From positions 26,908,001 to 26,972,000 of the forward strand of contig NC_082722.1 in NCBI RefSeq assembly GCF_030144855.1: DNA of 64,000 nt, given 5' to 3'. Positions 23,440 to 37,285 of the stretch are shown piece after piece. Origin of the DNA: Hypanus sabinus. Taxonomy: Eukaryota. Below the pieces are notes generated by a model that had not been told where the DNA came from, did no database searches, and was given only the letters and a program-made list of their open reading frames with translations. The number at the start of each line of letters is the position of its first letter. Within the stretch, counting starts at the first letter, position 1. The translations under genes and the position numbers were made by a program.

Positions 23440-26400
23440 GAGACCATAAGAGCATAATATATAGTAGTAGAAGTAGGCCATTCGGCCCATCGAGTTTGCT
23501 AAGGCATTCAATCATGGGCTGATCCAATTACTTTGGTCATACCCACTGCCATGCCTTCATCCGATAGTCTTTCATGCCCTGTATAATCAAGAACCTATAT
23601 ATCCCTGCCTTGAGAATACTCAATGACTTGGACTCCACAGACGCTCGTCGCAACAAATGCCGCAGATTTACCACCTTCTGACTAAAGTAATTTCTGCACA
23701 TCTCAGTTCTAAATGGCCGTCCTTCAATCCTGAAGTCATGCCCTCTTTCCCTAGAATCCCCTACCATGGGAAATAACGTTCCCATATCTAATCTATCCAG
23801 ACCTTTTAACATTCAGAATGTTTCTGTGCGATCCCCCCTCATTCTCCTGAACTCCGGTGGATTCAGCCCAAGAGCTACCAGACATTGCTCATACGGTAAC
23901 CCTTTCATTCGTGGAATCATTTTTATAATTATTCTCTGAACACTCTCCACTGTCAGGATATCCTTTCTAAAATAAGGAGCCCAAAACAGCACGCAATACT
24001 CCAAGTGTGGCCTCACGAGTGCCTTATACAGTCTCAACATCACATCTCTGCTCTTATATTCTATTCAACTAGAAATGAATGCCAACATTGCGTTCATCTT
24101 CTTTATAACCGACTCAACCTGCAGATTAACTTTTAAGGTATTTCAATACGAACGCTCAAGTCCCTTTGCATCTCTGCATTTTGAATTCCCTGCCCATCTA
24201 AATAATAGTCTACCTAGTTATTTCTTCCACCAAAGTACATGATCATACACGTTCCGGCATTATACTTATTTTGCCACTTCTTTGCCCATTTCTCTAAACT
24301 ATTTAGTCATTCTGCATGCTCTCTGTTTCCTCAGCACAACCGCCCCTCCACCTATCTTTGTATCATCGGCAAATTTAGTCACAAACCCAGTAATACCGTA
24401 GTCCAAACCATTGACAATCGTCGTATTAAGCAGCAGCCCCAACACCGACCTCTGTGGATCTCCACAGGTAACCGGCCGCTAGTCGCAAGAGGATCCCTTT
24501 ATTCCCACTCTCTGTTTTCTGCCGACCAGCCAATGCTCCACTCTTGCTACTAACTTCTCTGTAATTCAATGGTCTCTTATCTTGCTAGGCAGCTATTGTG
24601 CGGCATGTTGTCAAAGGCCTTGAGAAAATCCAAGTACAAAACATCTACCACATCTCTTTTCTCTACCCTGCTTGCAATTTCATCGAAAAAGTGCAGTATG
24701 TTAGTCAGGCAGGATTTTCCTTTCAGGAAACCATTCTGGCTTTGGCCTATCGTGTAATGTGCCTCCAGGTACGCCGTAATCTCTTTCCTAACAATCGATT
24801 CCAATAACTTCCCAACCACTGATGTCAGGCTAACAGGTACATAGTTTCCTTTCTGCTGCCTCATCACCCTCCTTAAGTAGCGGAGCAGCATTTGGAATTT
24901 TCCAGTCATCTGGTACAAAGATGTTGTCCCAACAAGGATGTTGCCTAGATGGGGGAACATGTCTTCTGAGACTAGATTAAGTGAAATCGGCCTTTTCCTC
25001 GTGGAGTCACGGAGGATAAGAGCTGACCGGATAGAGGTGTACAAGGTAATGCGAGGCAATGATCGTGTGTACAGGCAGAGGCTTTCACCCAGGGCTGAAA
25101 TGGTTAGCTTGAGAGGGCATAGTTTTATGGTGCTTGGAAGATGGTACAAGGGAGATGTCAGGGTTAGGTTTTTTACACAGAGAGTGGTGAGTGCATGTAA
25201 TGGGCTGCCAGCGGCGGCGGTGGAGGCGGAAACGACGAGGTCTTTTAAGAGATTCCTGGATATGTACATGGAGCTTGGAAAAATAGAGGGCCATGGGTAA
25301 GCCTAGGTATTTCTACAGTAAGGAGATATTTATTGCAGCTTTGCAGGCCAAAGGTCCTTTATTGTTCTGTAGGTTTTCTATATTTCTTAGTTTCTAGTGC
25401 TAGAATCTATCGATTCTTGGAAGATCATCGTTAAATCCTCTGCAATCTCTCCAACTATTTCCTTCAGACCCCGAAGGTGTATTCCATCAAGTCCAGGAGA
25501 TTTATCCACCCTCAGACCATTAAGCTTCCTGAGCTCCTTCTCAGTCGTAATTTTCACATCACAAACTTCATTTCCCTGACATTCTTGATTGTCCTGTAGA
25601 CGGTAAAAGTCTTCCACTGTGAAGACTGACGCACAATACGCATTCAGTTGTTCTGCCATCTCTGCATCTCTCCTTAGAATATCTCCAGAGTCATTTTGTA
25701 TTGGTCATATAGTATTGCAAAACACCCAATCCAGCACAACCGTTCCCCTAGTGGGGTCAACGATAAGCTGTTCCAAAAAGCCATCCCTTGGACATTCTAC
25801 AAATTCGCTCTTTTGAGGTCCAGTGCTCAGCTCGTTTTCCCAAACCACTTTCATGTTAAAATCTCCAATGATTATCATGTCATATTGTTTTGACACTTTG
25901 CTTTCTATCTCTTACTGTAATTTGAAATCCACATCTCCGGTCCCGTTTGGATGTCCGTATACAACTGACATTAGGGTCCTTTTACACTTGCCATTTCTTA
26001 ACTGAACCATTCGTGTACCTTCCAGTCCTATATAATCTCTTTCTAATGATTTAATATGATTTTAAATACACAGAACCACACCACACCCTCTGCCAATTAA
26101 TCTGTCTTTCGGATACACTGCATATCCGTGTACGTTGGGCTCCCAATTGCAGCTATCGTTTAGACACGTTTCAGAGATTGCCATAACATCATATTTGCCA
26201 ATCTGTCGCTGAATTTCAAGATCGTCCATTTTATTCCTTATCCTGCGTGCATTCAAATACAACACTTTCACTCCGGTATTTGTTGCTTTCTATTTTAACG
26301 GCAAGACGTCTCTATTGCTCTGTAACTCATGCTATTGGATGTGATTATGACTCATCTCCTGCCTGTTATTTGTATAATCTCTTTTGCACGCTATCTTTGA

Positions 26401-27520
26401 TTTATATTTGTTTTCCCCTTCCACAACCCTATCATTTCGGTTCCCACATCTTTGCCAAATGAGTTTAAACGCTCCCAAACAGCACTATTAAACGTGACCG
26501 TTTGGATATTGGACGGCTTTGCGTTCAGGTGTAATCCTCCCTTTTTTCTACGGCCGTATCTCCCCCAGAGGAGACCCCAATGATCCAGGAATCTGAAGCC
26601 CTGCCGCGTACAGCAGTCTCTCCGCCACACATTAGTACGACTGAACATGCTAATCTGTCACTCGCTAGCAAGTGGCACAGACACCAATCCTGAGATTACT
26701 GTCTTAGAGATCTTGCTTTCTCCCTATCTCCCTGAATTCTCCCTTCACAACTCCGCCCTTTTTCTACATTTGTCATTCGTACCAATGTTTACCAGGACTT
26801 CTGACTGTTCACACTCTCCCTTCAGAAAACTCTGCACCCGATCCGTGGCACCCCTTACCCTAGCAACTGGGAGGCAACACACCATGCAGATACCTCCATC
26901 AGGCTGACAGAACCTGCTGTCTGTTCCCTTCATTATGGAATCCACTATGACTACCGCATTTATCATCTTCCTCTTTCTCTTTCCCTTCTTCTCCACCGAG
27001 CCAGGCTCAGTGCCACAGACACGATCGCCATGTCCGGTCATCCCACTGAACCACTTCCAAAATGAGATAACAATTACAGAGGCTGATAGCCACAGGGACG
27101 CTCATTATTATCTGAGCTCTGCCCTTTCCTACCCTGACCGTCACCCACTTATCTATCTCCTGCTGCCTCGGGGTGACTAACTCCTTGTAGCTCTATCTCT
27201 CTCCAGTTCATTCTCCCTGATAAGCTGAAGGTCATCGAGCCGCAGCTCCAAATCCCTAACATGGTCTTTCAGGAGCTACGTTTCGGTGTACCTGGCGCAG
27301 ATGTTGCCATCTGAGAGACTGGAAAATTCCCGGGAATCCCACATCTGACAAGCAGAACAAAATACTAACCCTACCAACATGTTCATAAAATGTAAAGATA
27401 TACCTCAAAAATGTAAAGGCAACGCAAACACGATGTCCACCAACCCATCTACCTTGCCGATGCCTGAATGAGCCAACGCCTGTTGATTCTACTCTCACTA
27501 CTGTCCGCTCCACTTAACCA
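23440..27520 (-). mobile_element. Near full-length, internally deleted CR1: ORF1 (esterase-like), APE endonuclease, RT, 3' tail
   Basis: ORF1 VIVDSIMKGTDSRFC..MVCCLPVARV; endonuclease KVLYLNARRIRNK..YDVMAISETCL and IIIGDFN; RT PVSLTSVVGKLLE..LYLDFLKAFD; C-terminal LVRPHLEYCVLFW. Confidence 0.92.
24946..25390 (+). mobile_element. CR1 3' fragment nested in opposite orientation inside the 23.4-27.5 kb CR1
   Basis: ORF RRIRADRIEVYKVMRG..KGDVRVRFFTQRVVSACNGLP plus tail ttctatatttct. Confidence 0.85.
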
Positions 27521-27839
27521 TTCTATACTTTAGTTCGTCGAGCTCAGTTGCCGCCGCTGGTAGTCCTGCACATTGGACCAACTTCCGCGAAGCTCTCGTT
27601 TTAAACCACAGAGATATCAGAACCGTCTTTAAGCAGGATTTTGCCACCGGCGCACTGAAAAGTGGCTAATGCACATTCATTTAAAAAGGCCCACCAGTAC
27701 AGGTATTGAGCCAAATATCGGTGACGGGAAAAGATACTGAATAAATGATACTGAAAGGGGAATAAATAAATCTAATAGACTTTCCGCGTATTAGATAGTT
27801 CAAAAAACGTGCAAATATAGAAATAATATATATTTAAAA

Positions 27840-28440
27840 TCTGGTAGTATTCATGGGTTCAATGCTCATTTAGGAATTGGATGTCAGAGGGGATGAAGTT
27901 GTTTCTGAATCGCATAGTATATGCCTTCAGGCTTCTGTTTCTCCTACCTGAAGGTAACAGTGGGAAAATGGCATGCCTTGTGGACTGGGATCCTTAATAA
28001 TGGACGTTGCTTTTCCGAGACCCTGCTCCTGGAAGATGTCCTGGGTACTTTGTAGATTTCTACCCAAGATGAAGTTGACTAAATTTTCCGACCCTCTGTA
28101 GCTCCTTTCGGTCCTGTGCTGAAACCCACCCATCCCCCACCATGCCAATGACACAGACTGTCAGAATGCTGTCCACAGTACAGTTATGGAAGTTTTTGAG
28201 TGTTTTTGTTGACCACATCTCTTCAAACACTAATGAGGTATAGTCGCTGTCTTGCCTTCTTTATAGCTGCATCGATATGTTGGGAGCAGATTAAATCCTC
28301 AGAGATCTTAATGCCCAGGGATTTGAAATTAATCATTCTCTCCATTTCTGATCCCTCATTGAGGATTGTTGTGTATTCTTTCGTCTTACCATTCCTTAAG
28401 TCCACAAGCATCTCTTTCGTCTTACTAACGTTGAGTGCAA
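27840..28440 (-). mobile_element. Rex1/Babar-type LINE 3' fragment, same insertion as 46560-47180
   Basis: LNVSKTKEMLVDLR..FKSLGIKISEDL..HIDAAIKKARQRLY. Confidence 0.75.
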
Positions 28441-29277
28441 ATTGTGGCACTGAGTACAGGATCAGGGACGTCATGTTCTACTGTAGAAATCGTTGGTGAA
28501 TGAGTGTATTGTGCATTCGTTGGTGGAAATATGCTGTGCGTTTTGATCTCCAACTATAGAAAAGATGCGATGAAGCTTGAGATAGTGCAGAAAGGATTGA
28601 TAAGTATGTCAATAGGACAGCGTGATTTTAACTGGAGGAAGAGACTGGAGTTGTTCATCCCCAGAGTACAGGTGGTGTTGAGGTGACCATATATATGTAA
28701 TGTCAGGAAGGGCGTGGGCAGGGAGGGGTATGACCACACTCTTTTACCAGGAATCGGTTAACTGAAAATGAGAATACATCGATTCCAGGCGAGAGGGCAA
28801 ATATTTAAAATGAGTCTATGGCAATTTTTCAACAAAAGAGGTTTGTTAAATGGAGCAGAGTCCCGATGAATCTGTAGAGGTGGATACGATTCCAATGTGC
28901 GAAGTGTATTTGGATTGTTACATGGGTATAAAACGTTTATTGTGGTGAGATCCAAACGCAGCTAAATGTGACCATCTGGGGTTTTCAATGGTCCAATATT
29001 TCAATACTTCCAATTTAATATCAGAGAGTGCATACAATATATAAACTGAAATTCTTGGCCTTCACAGACATCATGAAAACAGCAGAGCATTCTAAACAAT
29101 CGATGATAACAGTCAAGTTAGAACACCAAAACCTTTTCCCCCACCCACGAACAAGCAGCAGCCCACCTTTACCCCTACTCCAGCAAGAAAACAACAGCAA
29201 GGAGCCCAAGAGAGACGTTCATCTGCAATACAGAAAAAAAACAAATACAACTAAGCCAACCAATACAACATGCCCCA

Positions 29278-29526
29278 TCTCTCTCTCTCTCTCTCTCTCT
29301 CTCGCTCGCTAATAAAGGGACAGAGAGGTGTCACACAGCGAGGGAGCGGAGCACCAAAGCAATCAATTCGTTGAGTTACAGTGTTAAAGTCAGCTGTTTC
29401 GCTCTTTCTTGCGTTCTCAGATTCGATAATCAGCAACAAACTCTTCCCCATCAACAAGAGAAACTGTGTGTGTTTGTACGTGAGTGCGTGCCTGTGTGTG
29501 CGTGTGTGTTCATGTGAGAGTGCGTG
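29278..29526. repeat. (CT)n and imperfect (GT)n microsatellites
   Basis: (CT)n at 29278-29302, and a GT-rich run from ~29465 into the gap. Confidence 0.95.
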
Positions 29527-29665
29527 NNNNNNNNNNNNNNNNNNNNNNNNNNNNNNNNNNNNNNNNNNNNNNNNNNNNNNNNNNNNNNNNNNNNNNNNNN
29601 NNNNNNNNNNNNNNNNNNNNNNNNNNNNNNNNNNNNNNNNNNNNNNNNNNNNNNNNNNNNNNNNN
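29527..29665. other. Assembly gap (139 N)
   Basis: Run of N. Confidence 1.
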
Positions 29666-29689
29666 GGAACCACAGCAATGAAATGAATT

Positions 29690-30860
29690 TCAGTGCAGAA
29701 TTACCTACCTGGAGTTCAGAACTGCAAGGTATATTTTCTGACTAGAAGGGAATGATGGGAATCGCATTCGAGTGTAAAACAATGTACTGATGTCTTATAA
29801 ATTTACTTTGCAACGTCCACGCTTTTCAGTCAAATGTTATGAATAGTCTAAACCTGACCTGCTTTAATTGACCATGTGCGTATCTACTCTACTTCAATGT
29901 GGGCTGGGACAGGTAAACAGGTTACAATGCATTTCCCTTGTCTTTTAGGTGCCCTGGGATTTCTGCTACTGCTATGCGATAGTGCAATTGCATTTTACAG
30001 CTAATCTCGAGCAGAAGCCATAAATATATATGAAACAGAAAAGCACCGATTTTTTTTTTATCAGACGACATTTACTGATCAATAGTAAGGCACAGAGGTG
30101 CTATCACAAGAATACGTTGCTATTTGTTTTAATTTTCAAATCTATATTTCCCTCAGTTGAACGTTGACATAAGTGAGAAAGAATAACTGTTCCGTTGGCG
30201 ATTTTACCATGCAAATTCAGATACTCTCACTGGTGGTGACGATTTTCTGATTTGTCTTCATCCTCCAAAGACTGTGGAGGGAGAATCCTGGGGATATGGT
30301 TGAACAGAGGAGAGGAGAATATGGTTGAACATATCAGACATTATCTTCTTGAATGACCGGGCAGTAGAAAGAGGCGGAATGGCTTATTCCCAATCCTATT
30401 GTTAAATTTCTTACTTTTATTTTTATTTCCAGTGACAATCGCACGAAATAAATCACAAGAACGTCGAAGGCGAAAATGATCGCTTATCTTGTCAACTTAC
30501 ACATGTTATATCGATTAACTATCTTTGCCTGGATTCAAGAAATGAACCGAAGCAATGCCTCGGGACTGCACTCATTGGCAGTCTATAACTCTACACTGCA
30601 GTTGGATTCTCAGCTTCACAGATTCTTTGATGTATTTATGTCGGCGGACAAAGTATGTTGATTTTGATGTTTGGATGCTGAGGTGTTCTTGGAATCGGGA
30701 AGGAAAAGAGGTACATAAGTCAGTTTGTCAATTCCATTTCTTTTAGTCTGTGAAATTATTCCAAAATTAACGGTTAATCGAGAATCCATTGAGTTGAACA
30801 AATTGAATCAAATTTTGTAAAATAAATTAGTGATGCACTCATAATATCAATTTTAGATTT
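29690..30860 (+). repeat. Locus flank block, copy U2
   Basis: Co-linear with 48.35-49.8 kb (gactagaagggaatgatgggaatc; ttggattctcagcttcacag). Confidence 0.85.
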
Positions 30861-31043
30861 GTTGATCCATTTTCCCTTGGTTATTATCAGATATTCATTT
30901 TCGTTATGGAGCTGTTAATGGACTTTGGAAAGGATGACTATTCCCAGTTTCATGCTTTTTACTGTTTCCTTGCTGTAGATTACATATGAAATTAAATTCG
31001 TAAAAGCGAGGAAAACAAGATAATCTCGAGGGATCATCTGGAT

Positions 31044-31743
31044 CATATATGTCAAACTCAAGGCCCGCGGGCCAAATCCGGCCCGCGGTGGAATTATCTT
31101 TGGCCCGCGAGTTAATATCTAATTACTATTAAAGCTGGCCCCTGTAATCGAAGCGCCTATGGCGTATGATATGGCTAATGCTGAGTTTATTCAGGTGCCA
31201 GGTTTTCAGGGTTTTTAATGTTTATTCGGTTTCCCTGGTTTATTTCCTGAATATCATTAATGAACAATTTTTTTTCTCTATTAGAGCTTGTCCGCCGGTA
31301 TATTGCATGCACCACTAATACTACAAATCCCACAATGCACTGCCAGTGCATTGCTAGCGCTTGCATTACGTCTACATTTGTGTTTGCTAATGCTTGATTT
31401 CAAACGGTTTATTAATGGAAAGGTATGGCTGTCAAAACAAAGCCGAAATAGCATCGTTTCTTTCTCGTTGCCTACTTTCTTGTAATCTACGTCTGTAAGT
31501 TAATACCAATCACAAAAAGAAAGCTTGCTAGGCAATCTGCTTCATAAAAAACGAAATTCGTAAAGTGAAATAATTTTACATATAGCAGAGACTGAGACAC
31601 ATGAGAGCAGGTTGAAAAAGTGAAGGCAGCGAAAGCTGTGGGAGCACGCGCGCGTGCATTCGCGCATGCACAACTGATCCGCCCGCATGAAGTCGCATTT
31701 TTCTCAATCCGACCCGTGACCGAAAATGAGTTTGACACCCCTG
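31044..31743. mobile_element. hAT-type MITE
   Basis: TIRs catatatGTCAAACTCA ... TGAGTTTGACacccctg, subterminal ggcccgc repeats, and a degenerate 8-bp TSD (atctggat / atgtaggt). Confidence 0.8.
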
Positions 31744-31799
31744 ATGTAGGTGATTGAAATCTTGAGAATGGAAAAAATGCTGATGGAAATCATTTCGGT

Positions 31800-32350
31800 A
31801 AGGCAGCATGTATAAAGGCAAAAACTGTCGACGTTTCTGTCCGAAGCGCTTTATCATGACAGCAAAAGAAGGGGTCAGAAGGCAGAATAAGAAGGTAGGA
31901 AAAGAGAACAAGATGGCATGTGATAGTAGAAAGAAGGTGAGTAAGAAGGTCTGTGGATGATGAGGGATGGAATGACGTAGAAGCTGGGAGCTAATGGGTG
32001 GAAAAGGAAAAGGGTGCAAGAGGGGATCTGATAGGAGGAGACAGTGGCACCCTGGAAGAAATGGAAGGAGGAAGGGCACCAGCGGAGATGATGAGCAGCT
32101 AGGGAGGGGAGAAGAGAAGAGTTGAACGGGATCCAGAATTGGGAATAGAGAAGAAAGGGAAGGTGGATGATGATATTGTTCAAAAGTTAAAGAGATCAAT
32201 GCTCATGCCTTCAGGTTGGAGTCCACATGGACTGAAGAAAAAGGTGATGATATTCCGAGGGCTTTCAGTTGTGAGTGTTAAGGGGTTCATTTTTGGTGAA
32301 AGGCTTGAGCTCTGGCTCAGCCTACATTTTCGTTCAGTGGCAAAGGTCTG
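31800..32350 (-). mobile_element. Penelope-like tail fragment
   Basis: Similar to 19.05-19.55 kb (gtcgacgtttc..., gaagctgggag, caggttgga). Confidence 0.6.
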
Positions 32351-32419
32351 CTCAGGTTTTTAAAATGAGCTTCCTTAGGGATAAAGTTGGTCTTATATAC
32401 TGTGTGTGTATGCAGATAT

Positions 32420-32630
32420 ATATATACATATAGTGACCCAGGCTGGATTCCCGTCCATGACTAAACGATGTGTCTACTTCTCCCCATTACCGTATGATTT
32501 AGTTCGAGCGCTCGGACTTCCTCCCGCATTCCAAGGACAAGGGTGCGTCTGCTAATTAGTCAAATGAGTGTAATTGGGCGGTACGAAACAGTTGTGCCGG
32601 ACGGCCCTGTTACAGTGCTATATCTCAAAA
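32420..32630 (+). mobile_element. tRNA-derived SINE, degenerate
   Basis: ctggattcccg...ttcctcccgcattccaaggac...gccggacggccctgttacagtgctatatctc layout. Confidence 0.55.
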
Positions 32631-33009
32631 GCAAATTCATATGTTATTCATGCTAATCTGTCTCCTTTACCTGAGATTAGAAAATGCGCTCTTTCTTTTG
32701 TCGATCTTTGCGAAATCCTGTGCTCGCCCTCATATTTAGTGAATCACAGGCAGTGGCGTGCTCACCCGCTGCTTTTGCAGCTTGGTAGATGAAAACAATT
32801 AATACTGCTAGCTAATACATAGGTCAATGACCATGATCTAAGTTTGCTTCGGAATATGTAATCATAGAAAAGGATTTTAAATGGTTGAAATAACATTTTA
32901 TCTGTTTTCAAAAATATTGTCCGTGCATCATACAGGACTGTGATACCAAATCCATTTCAGGCTGGAAATCGCTATGTTTACTTTAGATTTCCAAACGACC
33001 AGTTAAAAC

Positions 33010-33167
33010 CTTCCTATCAATCGACGGGTTTCTCAGTTCTGTTTTGTTTTGTTTCATTTATTTTGTCATTTACCTTACGTTCCTCCAAGTTCTGTGCATG
33101 GGCTTTATCCGATCCGTTTCCCTTACGCAACCCGTCAAATAATTTTAATAAGCAGATTTCGTCCACA
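33010..33167 (-). pseudogene. G2 candidate terminal cytoplasmic exon remnant (..DGLRKGNGSDKAHAQNLEERK..)
   Basis: Homologous to 50.47-50.66 kb and 3178-3314, and downstream of the G2 TM exon. Confidence 0.35.
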
Positions 33168-35670
33168 CTGCGCAGTTAGAAACTCGCATTATTTGAGTTA
33201 AGAAGCTTGGAACAAATGGCAATAACTGATGTGTTTACGAAACTAAAGCAGCAAATATGGGAGAGGCATCTTACCCGCTGTGGAGCTGATTGGATTTGCT
33301 GGTGAATCAATTAAATTACGATCGATATAAGTAGAGCAGTTGGACATGTCCATTACAGTAAATCGTTAAAACAACATTTGTTTTGGGTGAAACATAGCAT
33401 TGCAGAGCAATAAAACAACAGCAAAAACTTTATCTTGAAGGCTACCAGCGTCAACTTAGATATTACTCTCATGATCAGTCCTTCATTTCGGGAAGTGCTA
33501 CGAACGCTGATGAAAGTATTTACGGAGCTCTACTACAATGAAGCCAGTGTTATATATGGCAACCTTGCTTTGGTGATGTGAAAAGCTGCTGCAGCAGCTA
33601 TCGTTAAGTAGAAATAAAAATATGTACTAAAATTGGAAAAGCGATTAATGGAACACAAGAACACGTTTCCAGTTGTAGACAGATGGGTATACAACCGATA
33701 AAGATTTAATATATGCTAGCAGGAGAGTGCAGGAGCGACAAATTTAATAACATTGAACTGCTGGAAATCTGAAGTAAAACAGACAAATAGATCACACGGT
33801 ATATAGGAAACTCGAGAGCAAAGAGAAACAGTGCACGTTTTCGCTGCTTTCTGGGGAGGGGTGTTCCATCTGAAGGGACAAAGGTTTCTCCTTCCAAAGA
33901 TGTCGGTAGAGGTTTTTAATAACTGCTTTGAATCCAAAATGGTAGATGGCAGAACATTGATATGTTTCAGGCATTTTTTTCGAAATTTCGTGTTTAAATT
34001 TATAAAAAAATCAGAAGCGTAACTTTTGACCCTTTGGTTAAATTTGAAGAAACTTAACCAACTTATTCAACATTTTCATACGATGTAACTTGACCTTTTC
34101 CAAATTACTTTTATTAAACTTAAATATATCGAGAGAGGAGCTGTTAATGACATTAATGATTGTATCTGATGTAATATAGTAGCCCCGCTTAGATTACTTT
34201 AGTTATTTTATTTTTTCTATAATTTTGGATTTTTTGACATTTTTTCTTATTTTCATCATGTTTAATTACATTAAGAGTTTGGGAGGTTTAGTACATTTGT
34301 GTTATCTGTAGCTTTTGTTTGCATATGCTATTTACCAATAATGTAATCCCAATCTCTTTGTAATGTTTATGAATTTGAAATTTAATAAAAAGATTAAAAT
34401 GAAAGAACGAAATTGAGGATGATTATCATTCAGCGTAGCCTGGTGGATAAGAACGTGTCTTGTGAAGTTTCATTTGGTTAGCATTGTGCACCAGATTCTA
34501 CAAGGTCTTCTTCTTCTTCTATATGTGATTACATTTCAGGTTATGCACAGCTGTGTGGGACTTCCCTGGGAATCTGGGTTAAAAAACTGCACATGACTTT
34601 CCAAAACAAGATTGCAATGATTTTTTTTTAATTTTGCTTAGTGTGCGTTCAAATGACATGTAACATATATTGCGAAATGATTCGTGCGTGTACATTTTTT
34701 TCTGAATGGTACTACACCGCGATTCTCGTAAACCAATATTTGACATCTAAAACAGTCTTAGATTTGTATTTAATTATTCGTCACACTAAGTATGATTAAC
34801 ATCTTAACATTCATTAGTTAATATTACCATGCACTTAAATACAACCGGTTAGGAACTGGTGTGAAATCCTCAAAGACGAAAAGAAGCATATTCAACAGAA
34901 ATATTGAAATACATCTTGGACATATACTTCAAAATAAAGAGTTGTCAGAGAGAATGGTTTCATTCTTCCCTACTGCATCCCAAAATGTTATGGAACAAAA
35001 TAAATTTATAATAGCTCTACAATGCGTATACGTGGCTCTGAAAGAAGACAAGACCAGTTCACCAACCGGCTCTTCATTTTGACGTACGGTGAAAGAACTT
35101 GTGTTAATCCTTTAAGAAAAATTTTAAAAAATTATACTGTAAAACTTGGACATTATACTTTTGATACCAATCGAATATTATGAAAGCATTTGGTGTTATC
35201 AGTTGTCCTAATACGGTGTGTTCCGCGACAACCTCGTGGCACTATGCTCAATAAACTTTGAATTTTAACGAAGCCGTAACGTGATAATATCATATCAGTC
35301 GCCGTGCTACATTTAAATACTGTTGCTGAAATGGAAATTAAAATCAATGAAACATGCGCGAGTTCGTCAACGTTCGTTACGCTTCAAAATATGGATCTGC
35401 CGTTGTGTTTAAAACAGTTGAAAAAGTCCAACCTCATAGAAAAGTATTTGTGATTGAGGTGTGCAATTCTTCGAGTGGACAGATGAATTAGTAAATTTTT
35501 AAGATCTAGCTTCTGTTGTAAGGGAATATTATCACTGAAATCTGATTTCGAAAATCACGATCCATGTCCAATTATTTTGTAACGGACGTTTACAGTTTTA
35601 AAGTTAAACGTCATTTACGCTTCTGTTTGGACGACTAACGGTGATGTTTCTCAGCAACCAGCATTCTTAC

Positions 35671-35768
35671 CGTGCGATGTCTTTAAGTTGACTTTCACCA
35701 AAACTACTATCAGTGGAAAAAAGCTAATCCGTCCACTGTATATGCGAAAATCTTTTCAGTATCAGCGC
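35671..35768 (-). pseudogene. G2 TM exon, frameshifted: GADTEKIFAYTVDGLAF/LIVVLVKVNLKTSH
   Basis: AG|GCGCTGATAC start and CACG|GTAAGA end are the same as in the G3 TM exon. Length 98 nt vs 99 nt. Confidence 0.85.
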
Positions 35769-36375
35769 CTTGTGGATGGACTGGGGTAAAACAAGAAAAT
35801 GTTAAGCATTTATTCATCTAAAAACAAATGCACACATGAGATTCAACAATACCAAATATTTTATAGGCTCGTTTCAAAACTCACTACACACGATCTGAAA
35901 ATATATCGTAAGATACGAAATGTATATTCCCACCTTTTTTATATCATTATGTATTTTAGAGTTTACCCTTTGCTTTGTCATATTTTTAGCCAATGTGCAG
36001 ACATTTGCTACAGTACAAATACTGCACGAATTCAGTTTCATGATTCATCCTACGCGATCTACACCGGCGGGAATAACACATTAACTTGTGAACACCTTTC
36101 AAGTTTAATATTTCCTGTCAATTACTAGGCTTCAAAGTTAGTCGTTCCTCCCTGTTTGGATAGCTGTTCAGTTACTGTTCTTACAAAGTCAATTTGACCC
36201 CACCACTTTGACTTGTAAGCGTTTCCATCTTATATTGAGCGCAAAATATTATGAACATGCTGAAATCCTGATTAACACATAAATCCTGGAAGAATTCCGC
36301 CGATCAGGCAAATCTAAAGTGTCGACGTTTAAGGCCGAGACCCAACATCATGTCCTCATAATGACACCATCTTAC

Positions 36376-36610
36376 CTTGCTCCAGGATGTAGCTGAAACT
36401 GACAGCAACCGTGAGGGAGAGAGGCGATAACAGGCAGGTGTAAACATCTTTTCCCAAAGTACACTGCGTGATTTCCAATAAACGAAAAGTTTCGTACAAG
36501 CCATCCACGCTCCGGTTTGTCACAATTTATATTCCACTGTGCATTTGCTAGTTATTTCTTTGTCAAACGATTCCTAATCCTTTGCTGGCATCTTCGGGAA
36601 AAGCGCTATT
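36376..36610 (-). pseudogene. G2 C1-set exon remnant with three in-frame stops; 5' part not recognisable
   Basis: The 3' end (KDVYTCLLSPLSLTVAVSFSYILEQ G|GTAAGA) aligns to the G3 C1. The core Trp is TGA, and TAG and TAA also occur. Confidence 0.88.
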
Positions 36611-36679
36611 TCTATCCATAATACCTCGTTTTTCCTTTTCAGAAATCCTTTGAAAACCCTGACTTGGAGTTTCACGTGG

Positions 36680-37285
36680 ACGTCGGTTCTCTGCGGAAAT
36701 GGGATCCACTCTCCCGGCCTCATGAGCGGCCGCTTTCAGATATGCCGAGGACACGGTCAGGGTACCGGACATTTCTGGTTCTCGAGACGAGTGCATTCGA
36801 GGCCTGTGCGGGTGGCGCCGCCTGAAATGTCGTGGGCGTACACGGAAGATAGAAATCAGCGAGCTGGCTGCCGGCTGTGTGCGCAGATTCCCCAGTTCTT
36901 TGGGCACAGAGCTCGAAAAAAGCGAGGCGACAGAGTTTGAACATCATGAATAAGCGAGGTGTTTTGTTGTGTCTCCCCTCTCGCTGTGCAACGTGGACAT
37001 CTCCTTTTCCCTTATTAAGGAGAGAGACAGTCGGTGGTATGTTGCAAACCGGGTGGACGAGTACTCTTTGTGGTACTGCAAGTCTGTGTCTTTTTGGGTG
37101 ATTTTTGTTGGTATGGGGGTATTTCCTTGCTACTGCTTTTGCATGGGAGGGAGGATCTGTGGTCTTTCGGGTTCTAACATTCAACTAGCATTCATCTCTC
37201 GGGCATTCCTCTGTTTTCATGGATGTTTGTGAAAAAAAAAATCAGGATGTATATTGTATACATTTCGCTGACAGTAAATGTAACT
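36680..37285 (+). mobile_element. Non-autonomous repeat inserted at the 5' end of the G2 C1 exon
   Basis: GC-rich insert absent from the G3 paralog, ending in a tail (..tcaggatgtatattgtatacattt..aaatgtaacttg) typical of elasmobranch repeats. Boundaries are approximate. Confidence 0.5.

Noticed and set aside
30433-30800. Coding exon (cytokine-like) in the flank block
   Set aside because: Every frame has stops, and the frames are not preserved between the 30 kb and 49 kb copies.
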